From: a virus
Taxonomy: Duplodnaviria > Caudoviricetes
Virus record (IMG/VR): IMGVR_UViG_3300022923_000063
Span: 1 to 31,747 of that record
DNA: 31,747 nucleotides
Reading direction: 5' to 3' (one strand)
Shown: positions 1 to 7,701 of the stretch, one piece after another
How positions within the stretch are numbered: the stretch's first letter is position 1
Layout: each line of letters opens with the position of its first letter
Program-made: the position numbers and the translations under genes
Notes under the pieces: generated by a model
What the model saw: the letters and a program-made list of their open reading frames with translations, nothing else
What the model was told of the DNA's origin: nothing
The model's database searches: none

Positions 1-42
1 ATCTTTACCTGATGCCGCTTTACCTACGAGTATTAATTTCAT
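1..42 (-). CDS. 5' end of a P-loop nucleotide kinase (guanylate/dNMP-kinase-like), truncated by the window edge
   Basis: Manual translation from ATG at 42 gives MKLILVGKAASGKD: a hydrophobic strand followed by a Walker A-like GxxxxGK at the N-terminus, typical of NMP kinases. Not in the ORF track. Confidence 0.6.
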   Translation of the reverse strand, partial: MKLILVGKAASGKD

Positions 43-71
43 GTAGTTTATATGATGAATTTATTTTTTGT

Positions 72-407
72 TTATTTAAAAAGTCTATTAGTTATAGCAA
101 GTCCAATTTTTTGTAATGTAGATGGTTTTGTTCCCCATAAAATATCTTCTTGTAAACTTGATGACCAACGATACATGGGCGTTGCCAAGAATAAGAAGTC
201 CCAATTATCAATGGTAAACTCTTTTACATTTCCACCATTAGGTAGTCTAAACTCTATAGACAACAATGAATATGGCCTAAAGTCTTTTACTATTTCAAAG
301 AATGTAAATCCCCAACAACCGTCACCATCATGTAAAAAGATATCTAATAGATTGAACTTAATATTCCATCTGCGAGTTCGCCATGCTATTTTTTGTAATA
401 ATCCCAT
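72..407 (-). CDS. hypothetical protein (111 aa, aromatic-rich)
   Basis: Same strand as neighbours, start overlaps the upstream stop at 407. No recognisable motif. Confidence 0.7.
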   Translation of the reverse strand: MGLLQKIAWRTRRWNIKFNLLDIFLHDGDGCWGFTFFEIVKDFRPYSLLSIEFRLPNGGNVKEFTIDNWDFLFLATPMYRWSSSLQEDILWGTKPSTLQKIGLAITNRLFK

Positions 408-616
408 TATGCTTCTAATTTATGTAAGTCTGTTAGTAATATAGAATATACTTCTTCGCATGATTCTTTATAGAATACATCGGTGAAGTTTTTCATGTTG
501 TCATATTTAGAGTATAAATATTGTCCAAATCTCAAATCTTGTTCATTTCTACCATCACCATGTTCAATTGCCCATGATAGGTATTCTCCGTTTAATCTTG
601 AATAGTTTAATTCCAT
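407..616 (-). CDS. hypothetical protein (69 aa)
   Basis: Tightly packed in the small-ORF run, contains LRFGQY. Function not recognised. Confidence 0.7.
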   Translation of the reverse strand: MELNYSRLNGEYLSWAIEHGDGRNEQDLRFGQYLYSKYDNMKNFTDVFYKESCEEVYSILLTDLHKLEA

Positions 617-617
617 T

Positions 618-746
618 TTATTCTTTACAATTACATGTTCCGTTTGTACTACAATTACCTGTGCACTTTTTAGGTTCAGGTGGTGTCACCGGATCTGTTG
701 AAGATTTATTCCACATATCATCCCAAAATATCATATCATTTCCCAT
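618..746 (-). CDS. small Cys-rich protein (42 aa, alternative start at 734)
   Basis: Manual translation MGNDMIFWDDMWNKSSTDPVTPPEPKKCTGNCSTNGTCNCKE*. Fills the gap between flanking ORFs, with its stop 1 nt before the next ATG. Confidence 0.6.
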   Translation of the reverse strand: MGNDMIFWDDMWNKSSTDPVTPPEPKKCTGNCSTNGTCNCKE

Positions 747-948
747 TTTCTACTATATAAGTTGTTTCTACTTCTGGATCTTTAATTACTTGAATTATAC
801 GTGGCTCAGTAGCTCCGTTTGATTTTAAGATGCTGCAGACTCTATTATATACAGACTTAGGTATACAACCATTAACACCAGAACTAAGATCACCAGGTAC
901 GTCTAAAATGCTTTCAATGTATTTGTGTATAAAGTCAGATTCAGTCAT
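736..948 (-). CDS. hypothetical protein (70 aa)
   Basis: ORF track gives 736..969. The start MTESD at 948 is preferred because the upstream small ORF stops at 956. Confidence 0.6.
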   Translation of the reverse strand: MTESDFIHKYIESILDVPGDLSSGVNGCIPKSVYNRVCSILKSNGATEPRIIQVIKDPEVETTYIVENGK

Positions 949-955
949 ATTATTA

Positions 956-1114
956 TTAATCAAATTCATCTAATTCATCTAGATCATCTAGATTTCCCAT
1001 TCTTTTAGGATTAAAATAGTTTTCTTCGAATCTCTGTTTCTTTTTTTTGAAATGGATTTTCCGTTTTCTATCTTCTGGATTATGTTCCCCACGCGGTGAT
1101 TTGCGCTTCTTCAT
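956..1114 (-). CDS. small bipolar protein, basic N-terminus and acidic C-terminus (52 aa)
   Basis: Manual translation MKKRKSPRGEHNPEDRKRKIHFKKKKQRFEENYFNPKRMGNLDDLDELDEFD*. Fills the intergenic gap, A-rich leader. Confidence 0.65.
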   Translation of the reverse strand: MKKRKSPRGEHNPEDRKRKIHFKKKKQRFEENYFNPKRMGNLDDLDELDEFD

Positions 1115-1129
1115 TTTAATGTAATTTGG

Positions 1130-1486
1130 TTATTCTTTTTTATCTCCGGGCCATTTAGTATCCGAATATTCAAATGGCGTTTTATTATAAGTAGTTCCAG
1201 TCGTATACCAAAAAGGTGTGCCAGGTGGAACATCTCCGGGCGTGAAAGGTGGTTGATAAGGATTAGTTGGAAATGGAGGCATTGCCGGCATAGGTGGAAA
1301 TAAAGGTTGATACAATTCATGGTTATCTTTCAATAAAATAACAGCTTCTTGAACTGAAATAATACCGTCTTCTCTTAAAAGCGCAACGGTACTTGTTTTC
1401 TCAAGCCTATCATTTAATAATGAGTCTGCCATATTTATGGTAATGTGACCCTCTGTTAGCAATCTTTCAACTATTTGATCTTTCAT
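1130..1486 (-). CDS. hypothetical protein with two short helical repeats and a Pro-rich tail
   Basis: LLTEGHITINMADSLL and LREDGIISVQEAVILL resemble each other (SHOCT-like L..G.I...EA..LL). First gene after the promoter at 1505-1533. Confidence 0.7.
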   Translation of the reverse strand: MKDQIVERLLTEGHITINMADSLLNDRLEKTSTVALLREDGIISVQEAVILLKDNHELYQPLFPPMPAMPPFPTNPYQPPFTPGDVPPGTPFWYTTGTTYNKTPFEYSDTKWPGDKKE

Positions 1487-1504
1487 TGTTTAGTATATTT
1501 GTAC

Positions 1505-1533
1505 TTTATATATGACCCGTTTTATTTGTTTCA
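1505..1533 (-). promoter_or_regulatory. pre-late promoter TGAAAC-N17-TATAAA
   Basis: One of five intergenic copies of AAAC-N17-TATAA[T/A] with identical spacing. Confidence 0.6.
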
Positions 1534-1561
1534 AAAAAAATGCAACCGGAGTTGCATTTTT
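1533..1561 (-). terminator. intrinsic terminator
   Basis: Inverted repeat AAAAATGCAAC-(4 nt)-GTTGCATTTTT, 8-U tract on the minus strand, just after the stop at 1586. Confidence 0.75.
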
Positions 1562-1585
1562 ATATTCTTTAGTCGAAAGTTTAAT

Positions 1586-2017
1586 TTATTTTGTTTTTAC
1601 TAGTTTATTTTCCTCTATCATATGATACAGTTTATCTACAAATGCAGTATTGTCATTAAATTTTGCATTAATGTCTGCAATATGTTTTGAGATACCATCT
1701 GCCATTTTATCTGTACGGGAATCGATATAAGCGTATAACTTATTCATCTCATCTTGCGCATGGTTATTTAGAGTATCAGCATAGTCATGTAAAGTGTGAC
1801 TAACACTGTCAATCCTATCAATTTCTTGATCGATTCTGCGGTCTAACATTTCGTTATCTCTGTGAATTTCACGTTCTAATTCATTGATAACGTTTTGTAA
1901 ATCTTCAATTTCTGTATACAAATCCTTGATCTGTACACGAGTCTTAAACATACCGTAAACACCAGCTAAAGCTAACACTGACAATACACCTAAAACGAAT
2001 GCAATTGTTTGTTCCAT
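1586..2017 (-). CDS. membrane-anchored coiled-coil protein (143 aa)
   Basis: N-terminal hydrophobic helix IAFVLGVLSVLALAGVYGMF, followed by heptad-like charged helical sequence. Confidence 0.75.
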   Translation of the reverse strand: MEQTIAFVLGVLSVLALAGVYGMFKTRVQIKDLYTEIEDLQNVINELEREIHRDNEMLDRRIDQEIDRIDSVSHTLHDYADTLNNHAQDEMNKLYAYIDSRTDKMADGISKHIADINAKFNDNTAFVDKLYHMIEENKLVKTK

Positions 2018-2034
2018 AATTTATTTATTTTTAT

Positions 2035-2277
2035 TTACTCGACTAAAGAAGTATCTTCGCTATGAATTTTTTCAAACTCATATTTACCTTTAATAAATTG
2101 ATTGAGAGCTTTACCTTGAGATTCTGCAAGATTAAATAAATTCCAATCAGCAGCTTCAACATCTTTGTATAGATATGAACCATGATTAAAATGTACTAAT
2201 AGAGTCTTATGCTCATAATTATATGCAGCTGACTTAAGTGTAGAGCTATTGTAATGTGAATGTGTTGATGTAATCAT
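2035..2277 (-). CDS. KTSC domain protein
   Basis: SSTLKSAAYNYEHKTLLVHFNHGSYLYKDV...AESQGKALNQFIKGKY fits the remembered KTSC pattern (SS.I..vGYD....L.veF..G..Y.Y..V......A.S.G..fn..I+..Y). Confidence 0.85.
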   Translation of the reverse strand: MITSTHSHYNSSTLKSAAYNYEHKTLLVHFNHGSYLYKDVEAADWNLFNLAESQGKALNQFIKGKYEFEKIHSEDTSLVE

Positions 2278-2294
2278 ATTAAATGTATTTAAAC

Positions 2295-2323
2295 ATTATA
2301 TGATCTACTAAAATAATGTTTCA
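2295..2323 (-). promoter_or_regulatory. pre-late promoter TGAAAC-N17-TATAAT
   Basis: Motif lies between the tape-measure stop and the KTSC start. Confidence 0.7.
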
Positions 2324-2324
2324 A

Positions 2325-5300
2325 TTAACGGCCTCCACCTAGTCCATCTTCTTTAATTGCATCAATAGATTTACGATCTAGACTTACAACCATTTTAGAT
2401 GGGAATTGGATTTTAGGTGCAGGTGAACTTGAACCGCCTGAATTACTACCGAACATATTAGAAACTGCATTACCTACTTTTTCGATAATACCAGTATTTT
2501 GTTCATTTCCTTCTTGAACAGTGCTTCTGAAATTCTCTAACATTTCAGCTAGATTATCAAGTGCATCTTCTAAAGATTCACCCATTTGAGCTAAGACATC
2601 GCTAGGAGAACCTCCTTCTGATAAAACTGCAAGTGCTTCGAACATTGTTCTAGCCTCAGTTAATTTAGCTAAATCCATAGAGTTAATAGCAGAACTTATA
2701 GTAGGGAATACAGTTCCACTTGTTTTCATACTAACACCTATTGATTTCCACAATTCAGCTTGAGCTTCATATCCAGCAACAGGTCTTGTCATACTAACTT
2801 TACCAACAAACATACCTTTAAATACTTCTAACGTTTTTATGTTAGTTCCGTTAATAGCACCTGAAATAGCTTGAGCACCCTTGCCCATTTTTTCATAACC
2901 GGTTCCTACTGCTAAAAATAAGTTTGATCTACTGTCCAGTACTTCTGTTCCGACATTCATTTGACCGCCATATATTGCAGTAAACTCATCTAATTGTTTA
3001 GCACTTACCGTATTAATTGATCCTATGATCATTGGAATGGCCACTGCCATTCTCATATATGATGTTGTTAAGCCTTTTAAGAAATTTGTTTTAGATTCAA
3101 GCAATTCTGCTGGAGATTCACCTCCAAAAATAGATGCAAATGATTTTGCTTTGTCTACTGTAAATGTCGCAATAGCAGTAATGATCTGTGGAATTGCAGT
3201 ACCCAATTTAGCGTATGTGCCTCCTATGGTTGCTATTAAATTCTTTTTAGCATTAATAATTCCCACATCTTGTCCACCCGCATCGGTGATCGTTGATATG
3301 ATAGCGGTTACTTTTTCTTTTACATCTTGAGCGTCGGTAATTTTAGAAGTAATTTTAACAACATTATCAACTACCGATGCCAATGTTGTATAAGGTTCTC
3401 CTAATTGCAATGCTATCTCTACACCTTTTTCAAAACTAGATGAAGAGAACCACCCGCCGTCTTTGCCAATTCCAGATTTACCCACTTCTTCAAAAACTCC
3501 AGCTAAACCTTTAATAAGAGCTTTAGTGTTTTTAGATAGTTTTTTAACTAGTGAACCTACGTTACCAATTGATTTAAATCCTGTTGGGTTACCATCTTTA
3601 TCATAGCCAGTTGGGAATTTAAGATTGGCCATAGCTTGTACACCATTTGCCAAATTATAAAGAGGTGTACCCATTTGTTTAACAACATTAATACCCTTCT
3701 CATATGTAGAACTACTAAACCATGAACTACCTTGAGCTGCTTCAGACGCTCCAACCTCTGCGAATACAGAACTTAAACCTGCTACTAATAATTGTGTATT
3801 CTTTATTAAACCTGGAACTACAGTACCAATATCTATTGTTTCGTAGCCAGTTGGATTGCCATCTTTATCAAATCCCGTTGGGAATTTAAGATTAGCCATG
3901 GCTTGTACACCTTTTGCAATTCCGGTGAGTGCTTTACCCATTCCACCGACAGCTGAAATACCCATAGCAACTACTGATTGTCCACTAGTATTACCTGTTA
4001 ATGCAGATAATAATGAAGAACCTCCGCCTGGATATTTTTTTCCAACTTCTGCAAAAGTATCGGCTAAACCGCTTACTATAAAACTAACATTTTGCTTTAA
4101 TTTAGGTAGATCAGCATCTTCAGCTATACTGGAAAATGCTCTAATACCTGCGACTATACCAACTAATGCAGCTCCAGCTAATATCAACATAGGTGCTCCC
4201 ATTGCAATACCTGCGACAGAAAGAGGACCTAATGATATACCATCTGCGATTGCATCCATTGCAACCTCAAAGTTAGTTTTCTTACCTCCGAAGAAGCCTT
4301 TTTCTCCAGACCAGTTAAATGGTTTATTACCTTTTTTATCAATACTGCCTAAAGCTTTAAAGTTCATTTTACTAATTGCTAATATACCTAAACTTATGCC
4401 CAATGTCGCGACACCTGCTACTACCATCGCAGCTGAACCTATTAATATAAATGGTGCTGCTAAACCTGCTGCGGCCATTGCTATTGCAAGCCCTGCAATA
4501 ACTCCACCTATTACAAGTACTTTCTCTGTTGTTAGGTTTTCAGTTGCTTTTGCAAGTGCAGCAACTCCAAGTGCAATAGGTAATAGAGCTATACCTGCTA
4601 GAGCCATAGCCGCCGAACCTAATGCTATAGCCAATGGAACTGGTCCAATACCGGCAACTCCCATTGCTACAGCTAATCCAACGATTACTGCTGCCATCAT
4701 ACCTAAATTACCCCAAGAAAGACCGTCTAATGCTTTTTTCATTGCATAGACACCTACTGCTATTATTATCATAGCGCCGGCAGCAAACAGCATTGCTATT
4801 GAGCCCTTCTTAATAAACTTTTCACCAACGCCAGCAAGTGCAAAAATTGCAGCAACTGCGCCTAATACAACTAAAACACCAAAGGTTTGAAGAGCATTCT
4901 CTGCATCAACTGGGCCAATCAATAATTTAGCTAAGAAAATTGCTACTGCAACTGCTAAAATTGCTCCCGCAGCATACATTAATATAGTTGCACCCTTTGT
5001 AGTACTCTTACCTAATACTTTATCAACTACATAGAATGCGAGGGCAACAGTACCAACTAATAGTAATACTTTACCTACTTCATCCCATCCTAATGTAGAA
5101 ATAATAAGAGAAGATAACACTAATGAAACTGCTACTGATAAAATAGCCATAGATGCAGTTATAAGTGCCCTACTAGTCTTTCTCATTGCTTTATCGACTT
5201 GCATCTTATCTATTAACCAGAATACTCCAGCTAATGTAAGAATTATCAATGAAGCTGTGGCTAAACCATATAGAATAGGTTGTGTTAAAAGTCCAATTAA

Positions 5301-6056
5301 TATCAAACCGACTGAAAGCCCTAATAATGCCAATGACAAGGTTTTTAGAGTTTTGGCCATTTTATTTAAACTCTTACCTATTTTCATTTTATCTAAGAGC
5401 ATGCCTAATAGACCAAAACCTAATAAAATAGCTCCAGCTACCAATAGACCCTTTAGGATATATGGTGCTAGAAGTGACATTAAGACTAAACTACCTGACA
5501 TTATTAATAATGCCGTGCCCACGTCTCCGAGTACAAGAATCTTCTTAAGTGCCTTTTTATCTAATTTCTCAGTAGCCCACAATAGACCCTGGATCATAAG
5601 TTTTAATAATGGAACCCAAATAATGGCTCCAATACCAGCTAATAGTAATAATGGAGTAGCCAATATCATGGTGGCTGCAAATTTAAGGATTGAATATCCT
5701 ATATCTGCTAAAGATAAAAGACCATTTGTCAATGCTTCCATCTTTAATTTAAGTTCTTTGCCGTCTGGTGCTCTATCTAAAGCATCGATAATGACACCTA
5801 AACCAAGTCCAATAGGTTTTAATGCTCCCGCAGTAATTCTAAGGACTAGAGCCTCTTTAGCAGAAACACTACCTTTGCCCTTTCCACCCGATTTAAGAGC
5901 CTTGACAAGCTCATCCATTTTTTCATATAAATCGCCACCCATTGAGACCGAAGCTGCAGTTTGGCCAGTGTTTATTGCGATTTGTTCCAGTGCTTTATTA
6001 CCAGATCCCATTCTTTCGAATGCACTTGCTAAAATAGGTGGTATTAGTTGAGCCAA
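2325..6056 (-). CDS. tail tape measure protein (TTG start)
   Basis: 1243 aa, Ala/Gly/Leu-rich and helical, long hydrophobic central block, internal repeats. Lies downstream of sheath, tube and the chaperone pair. Confidence 0.85.
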   Translation of the reverse strand: MAQLIPPILASAFERMGSGNKALEQIAINTGQTAASVSMGGDLYEKMDELVKALKSGGKGKGSVSAKEALVLRITAGALKPIGLGLGVIIDALDRAPDGKELKLKMEALTNGLLSLADIGYSILKFAATMILATPLLLLAGIGAIIWVPLLKLMIQGLLWATEKLDKKALKKILVLGDVGTALLIMSGSLVLMSLLAPYILKGLLVAGAILLGFGLLGMLLDKMKIGKSLNKMAKTLKTLSLALLGLSVGLILIGLLTQPILYGLATASLIILTLAGVFWLIDKMQVDKAMRKTSRALITASMAILSVAVSLVLSSLIISTLGWDEVGKVLLLVGTVALAFYVVDKVLGKSTTKGATILMYAAGAILAVAVAIFLAKLLIGPVDAENALQTFGVLVVLGAVAAIFALAGVGEKFIKKGSIAMLFAAGAMIIIAVGVYAMKKALDGLSWGNLGMMAAVIVGLAVAMGVAGIGPVPLAIALGSAAMALAGIALLPIALGVAALAKATENLTTEKVLVIGGVIAGLAIAMAAAGLAAPFILIGSAAMVVAGVATLGISLGILAISKMNFKALGSIDKKGNKPFNWSGEKGFFGGKKTNFEVAMDAIADGISLGPLSVAGIAMGAPMLILAGAALVGIVAGIRAFSSIAEDADLPKLKQNVSFIVSGLADTFAEVGKKYPGGGSSLLSALTGNTSGQSVVAMGISAVGGMGKALTGIAKGVQAMANLKFPTGFDKDGNPTGYETIDIGTVVPGLIKNTQLLVAGLSSVFAEVGASEAAQGSSWFSSSTYEKGINVVKQMGTPLYNLANGVQAMANLKFPTGYDKDGNPTGFKSIGNVGSLVKKLSKNTKALIKGLAGVFEEVGKSGIGKDGGWFSSSSFEKGVEIALQLGEPYTTLASVVDNVVKITSKITDAQDVKEKVTAIISTITDAGGQDVGIINAKKNLIATIGGTYAKLGTAIPQIITAIATFTVDKAKSFASIFGGESPAELLESKTNFLKGLTTSYMRMAVAIPMIIGSINTVSAKQLDEFTAIYGGQMNVGTEVLDSRSNLFLAVGTGYEKMGKGAQAISGAINGTNIKTLEVFKGMFVGKVSMTRPVAGYEAQAELWKSIGVSMKTSGTVFPTISSAINSMDLAKLTEARTMFEALAVLSEGGSPSDVLAQMGESLEDALDNLAEMLENFRSTVQEGNEQNTGIIEKVGNAVSNMFGSNSGGSSSPAPKIQFPSKMVVSLDRKSIDAIKEDGLGGGR
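3400..3917 (-). repeat. 89-aa (267-nt) tandem duplication inside the tape measure gene
   Basis: GVQAMANLKFPTG[FY]DKDGNPTG...WFSSS.[YF]EKG occurs twice. DNA GCTTGTACACC at 3634 and 3901. End points approximate. Confidence 0.85.
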
Positions 6057-6082
6057 CTTAAGTGTGTGTATTTTTTAATATA

Positions 6083-6114
6083 AGACAAACGCTACTAGTG
6101 TGTAGCGTTTGTCT
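6083..6114 (-). promoter_or_regulatory. 13-bp perfect hairpin in the tape-measure leader
   Basis: AGACAAACGCTAC-tagtgt-GTAGCGTTTGTCT, between the late box (6123-6130) and the start codon (6056). Only a weak U tract follows. Confidence 0.6.
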
Positions 6115-6122
6115 ATACTCTT

Positions 6123-6130
6123 TATATATC
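6123..6130 (-). promoter_or_regulatory. late promoter box GATATATA
   Basis: Recurrent octamer upstream of structural genes. Confidence 0.7.
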
Positions 6131-6131
6131 T

Positions 6132-6417
6132 TTAAAATTTAGGCATCTTCATTGAAGGCGCTTTCATTTGTGGGATCTTAGGCATCGCAGGCGTTTTATA
6201 CTTAGAACTCATTTGATTCTGTTGTTGTGCCTGTTGTTCTTCTTGATCCTTATTCTGATTATTCTTCTCTTTAATGTAATCCGACAGGTTCTTAACATAA
6301 TACCAATACTCGTAGTAGTATAAATTATCAACTTCTGAAGGTTGCATTCTGAGATGTATGCCCAGATAGAACTTAGTCTTAAAGTAATTCTCCAGCGAGA
6401 TCTGAAATAATGAAAAG
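6132..6417 (-). CDS. gp51-like tail/baseplate hub assembly chaperone, probably the +1 frameshift extension of the upstream ORF
   Basis: LENYFKTKFYLGIHLRMQPSEVDNLYYYEYWYYVKNLSDYIKE resembles the remembered gp51-like pattern of marine T4-like phages (LENYYKTNF.L..H......EIEN....E...Y...L..YI.E). Overlaps the upstream ORF in the +1 frame. True start uncertain. Confidence 0.6.
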
Positions 6418-7386
6418 ACTTTTGATGCCACCTGGGAAATCAAGAGGGGCTTTCGCGATCTCCCCTTCGTATTCCATTTCAAGTGTTGTTTCAACTCCAA
6501 TTTTCATTTTCTCAGCAAGTCTATAGATAACCATAAACTTATTTTGATCCCATGATTTGTAATCAACTTCTAAGTTAAAGATTTTAGGTAGATTTACTTG
6601 TCTCCAATCTGGTGTGATATAAGGTAGAACTTGGATAAAGGCTTTATCAAACTCAACTTCTTTTTCTTGACGATCCTTTAGGTATTTAGTAATTTCTTGC
6701 ATAACACCGATTGAAGGCGGACGCATTCTAACTTCACCAGCAGATCTAGTCTTAATAACATATGTTCTTTCTTTAGAACTGTAATAAGCCTCGATTTCAT
6801 TAGGAACCTGTGTAGCTACTAAATATCTAGATGATAATTCGATATCAACTGGAATTTTGCTGTTTTCAGTTTTACCCTTAAGAATCAATTTGTTTTCTGG
6901 TTCAGGGAAAGTAAGATCTCTAATAGCCAATAGAATTACAATTCTATCTTCTTCTAAAATATCTTTATAAGATAGTCTCTTTTCATCCACTGTTAATTGA
7001 GTACACATTTCTACAATGTGGTTCAATTTCTCTTCCATATCGATATAGTTGTTTTCATCCATAGTAGAAAAATGTCTAATCTCAGATGCTCTTGCAGATC
7101 TAATCTTAATTACTGTACCATTAGGGTAAAATTTACCTTTAGATGGTAATTCTTCTTGATCTAGAACCATCCATCCTAAGAATTGGTCCGCAGACTTTTC
7201 TGGTCTTGCTTGTCCAAAATTGTCCATATTAACTCTACCTAATCCATTGGATTCAACTGCGCTCAACATTTCTACTGAAACATCTTCAACTGTCGAATCA
7301 TTAGAAGTCTGTGGATTATTAATTTGATCCCTAGCGTCTAGCATTGCTTTTGCCGCTTCTTCTTTTTTGTTTAATTCTTCGCTCAT
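6379..7386 (-). CDS. gp26-like baseplate hub / tail assembly protein
   Basis: ELPSKGKFYP...IKIR...EI and L..DR..ILLAIR motifs, located between tail tube and tape measure. Confidence 0.7.
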   Translation of the reverse strand: MSEELNKKEEAAKAMLDARDQINNPQTSNDSTVEDVSVEMLSAVESNGLGRVNMDNFGQARPEKSADQFLGWMVLDQEELPSKGKFYPNGTVIKIRSARASEIRHFSTMDENNYIDMEEKLNHIVEMCTQLTVDEKRLSYKDILEEDRIVILLAIRDLTFPEPENKLILKGKTENSKIPVDIELSSRYLVATQVPNEIEAYYSSKERTYVIKTRSAGEVRMRPPSIGVMQEITKYLKDRQEKEVEFDKAFIQVLPYITPDWRQVNLPKIFNLEVDYKSWDQNKFMVIYRLAEKMKIGVETTLEMEYEGEIAKAPLDFPGGIKSLFIISDLAGELL

Positions 7387-7610
7387 TGTTTTTTGTTATT
7401 TAAGTTTTTTACTTTTGTTTTAATATATGATTGCTGTTCACTTGATTTTAAACTTAATTCTTTTTTAATTAAGTCTCTAATCCATGCACTAACAGAAACC
7501 GGCCTAGTTTCAGTTTCGACTGCATCATTTAAGATACATCGATTAACATCAGCCACTTCGTCTTCTGTGAGAAGAACTTGAAGTTTTTTTGTTAACTTGT
7601 GGTTATTCAT
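7383..7610 (-). CDS. small putative DNA-binding protein (ribbon-helix-helix-like)
   Basis: KKLQVLLTEDE (strand then helix) and SVSAWIRDLIKKEL (second helix). Start MNNHKL at 7610 preferred because it is downstream of the GATAAATA box at 7639-7646. Confidence 0.55.
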   Translation of the reverse strand: MNNHKLTKKLQVLLTEDEVADVNRCILNDAVETETRPVSVSAWIRDLIKKELSLKSSEQQSYIKTKVKNLNNKKQ

Positions 7611-7638
7611 AATATTTGTGTATGTTAATAATATAATA

Positions 7639-7646
7639 TATTTATC
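7639..7646 (-). promoter_or_regulatory. late promoter variant GATAAATA
   Basis: Single mismatch to both GATATATA and T4 TATAAATA, immediately after the tail-tube terminator. Confidence 0.55.
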
Positions 7647-7650
7647 TTGC

Positions 7651-7686
7651 AAAAAATAAGAAGATATCGTTAGATACCTTCTTATT
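7651..7686 (-). terminator. intrinsic terminator after the tail tube gene
   Basis: Minus strand AATAAGAAGGTATC-taac-GATATCTTCTTATT (one G-U pair) running into a U tract. Confidence 0.7.
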
Positions 7687-7701
7687 AGTAGTGTGTGTTA
7701 A

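Noticed and set aside
52-1320. ORF-track calls 52..444 (+), 568..822 (+) and 1111..1320 (-)
   Set aside because: They overlap a better-packed series of minus-strand genes in other frames.
3025-6051. Long plus-strand ORFs (3025..3330, 3856..4749, 5257..6051)
   Set aside because: Antisense shadows of the Ala/Gly/Leu-rich tape measure gene, with no promoter box or recognisable motif.
6418-6500. ATG start at 6500 for the 122-aa ORF
   Set aside because: Would need a 122-nt overlap, and the N-terminal residues do not resemble the gp51-like family. Frameshift entry is more plausible, though not proven.
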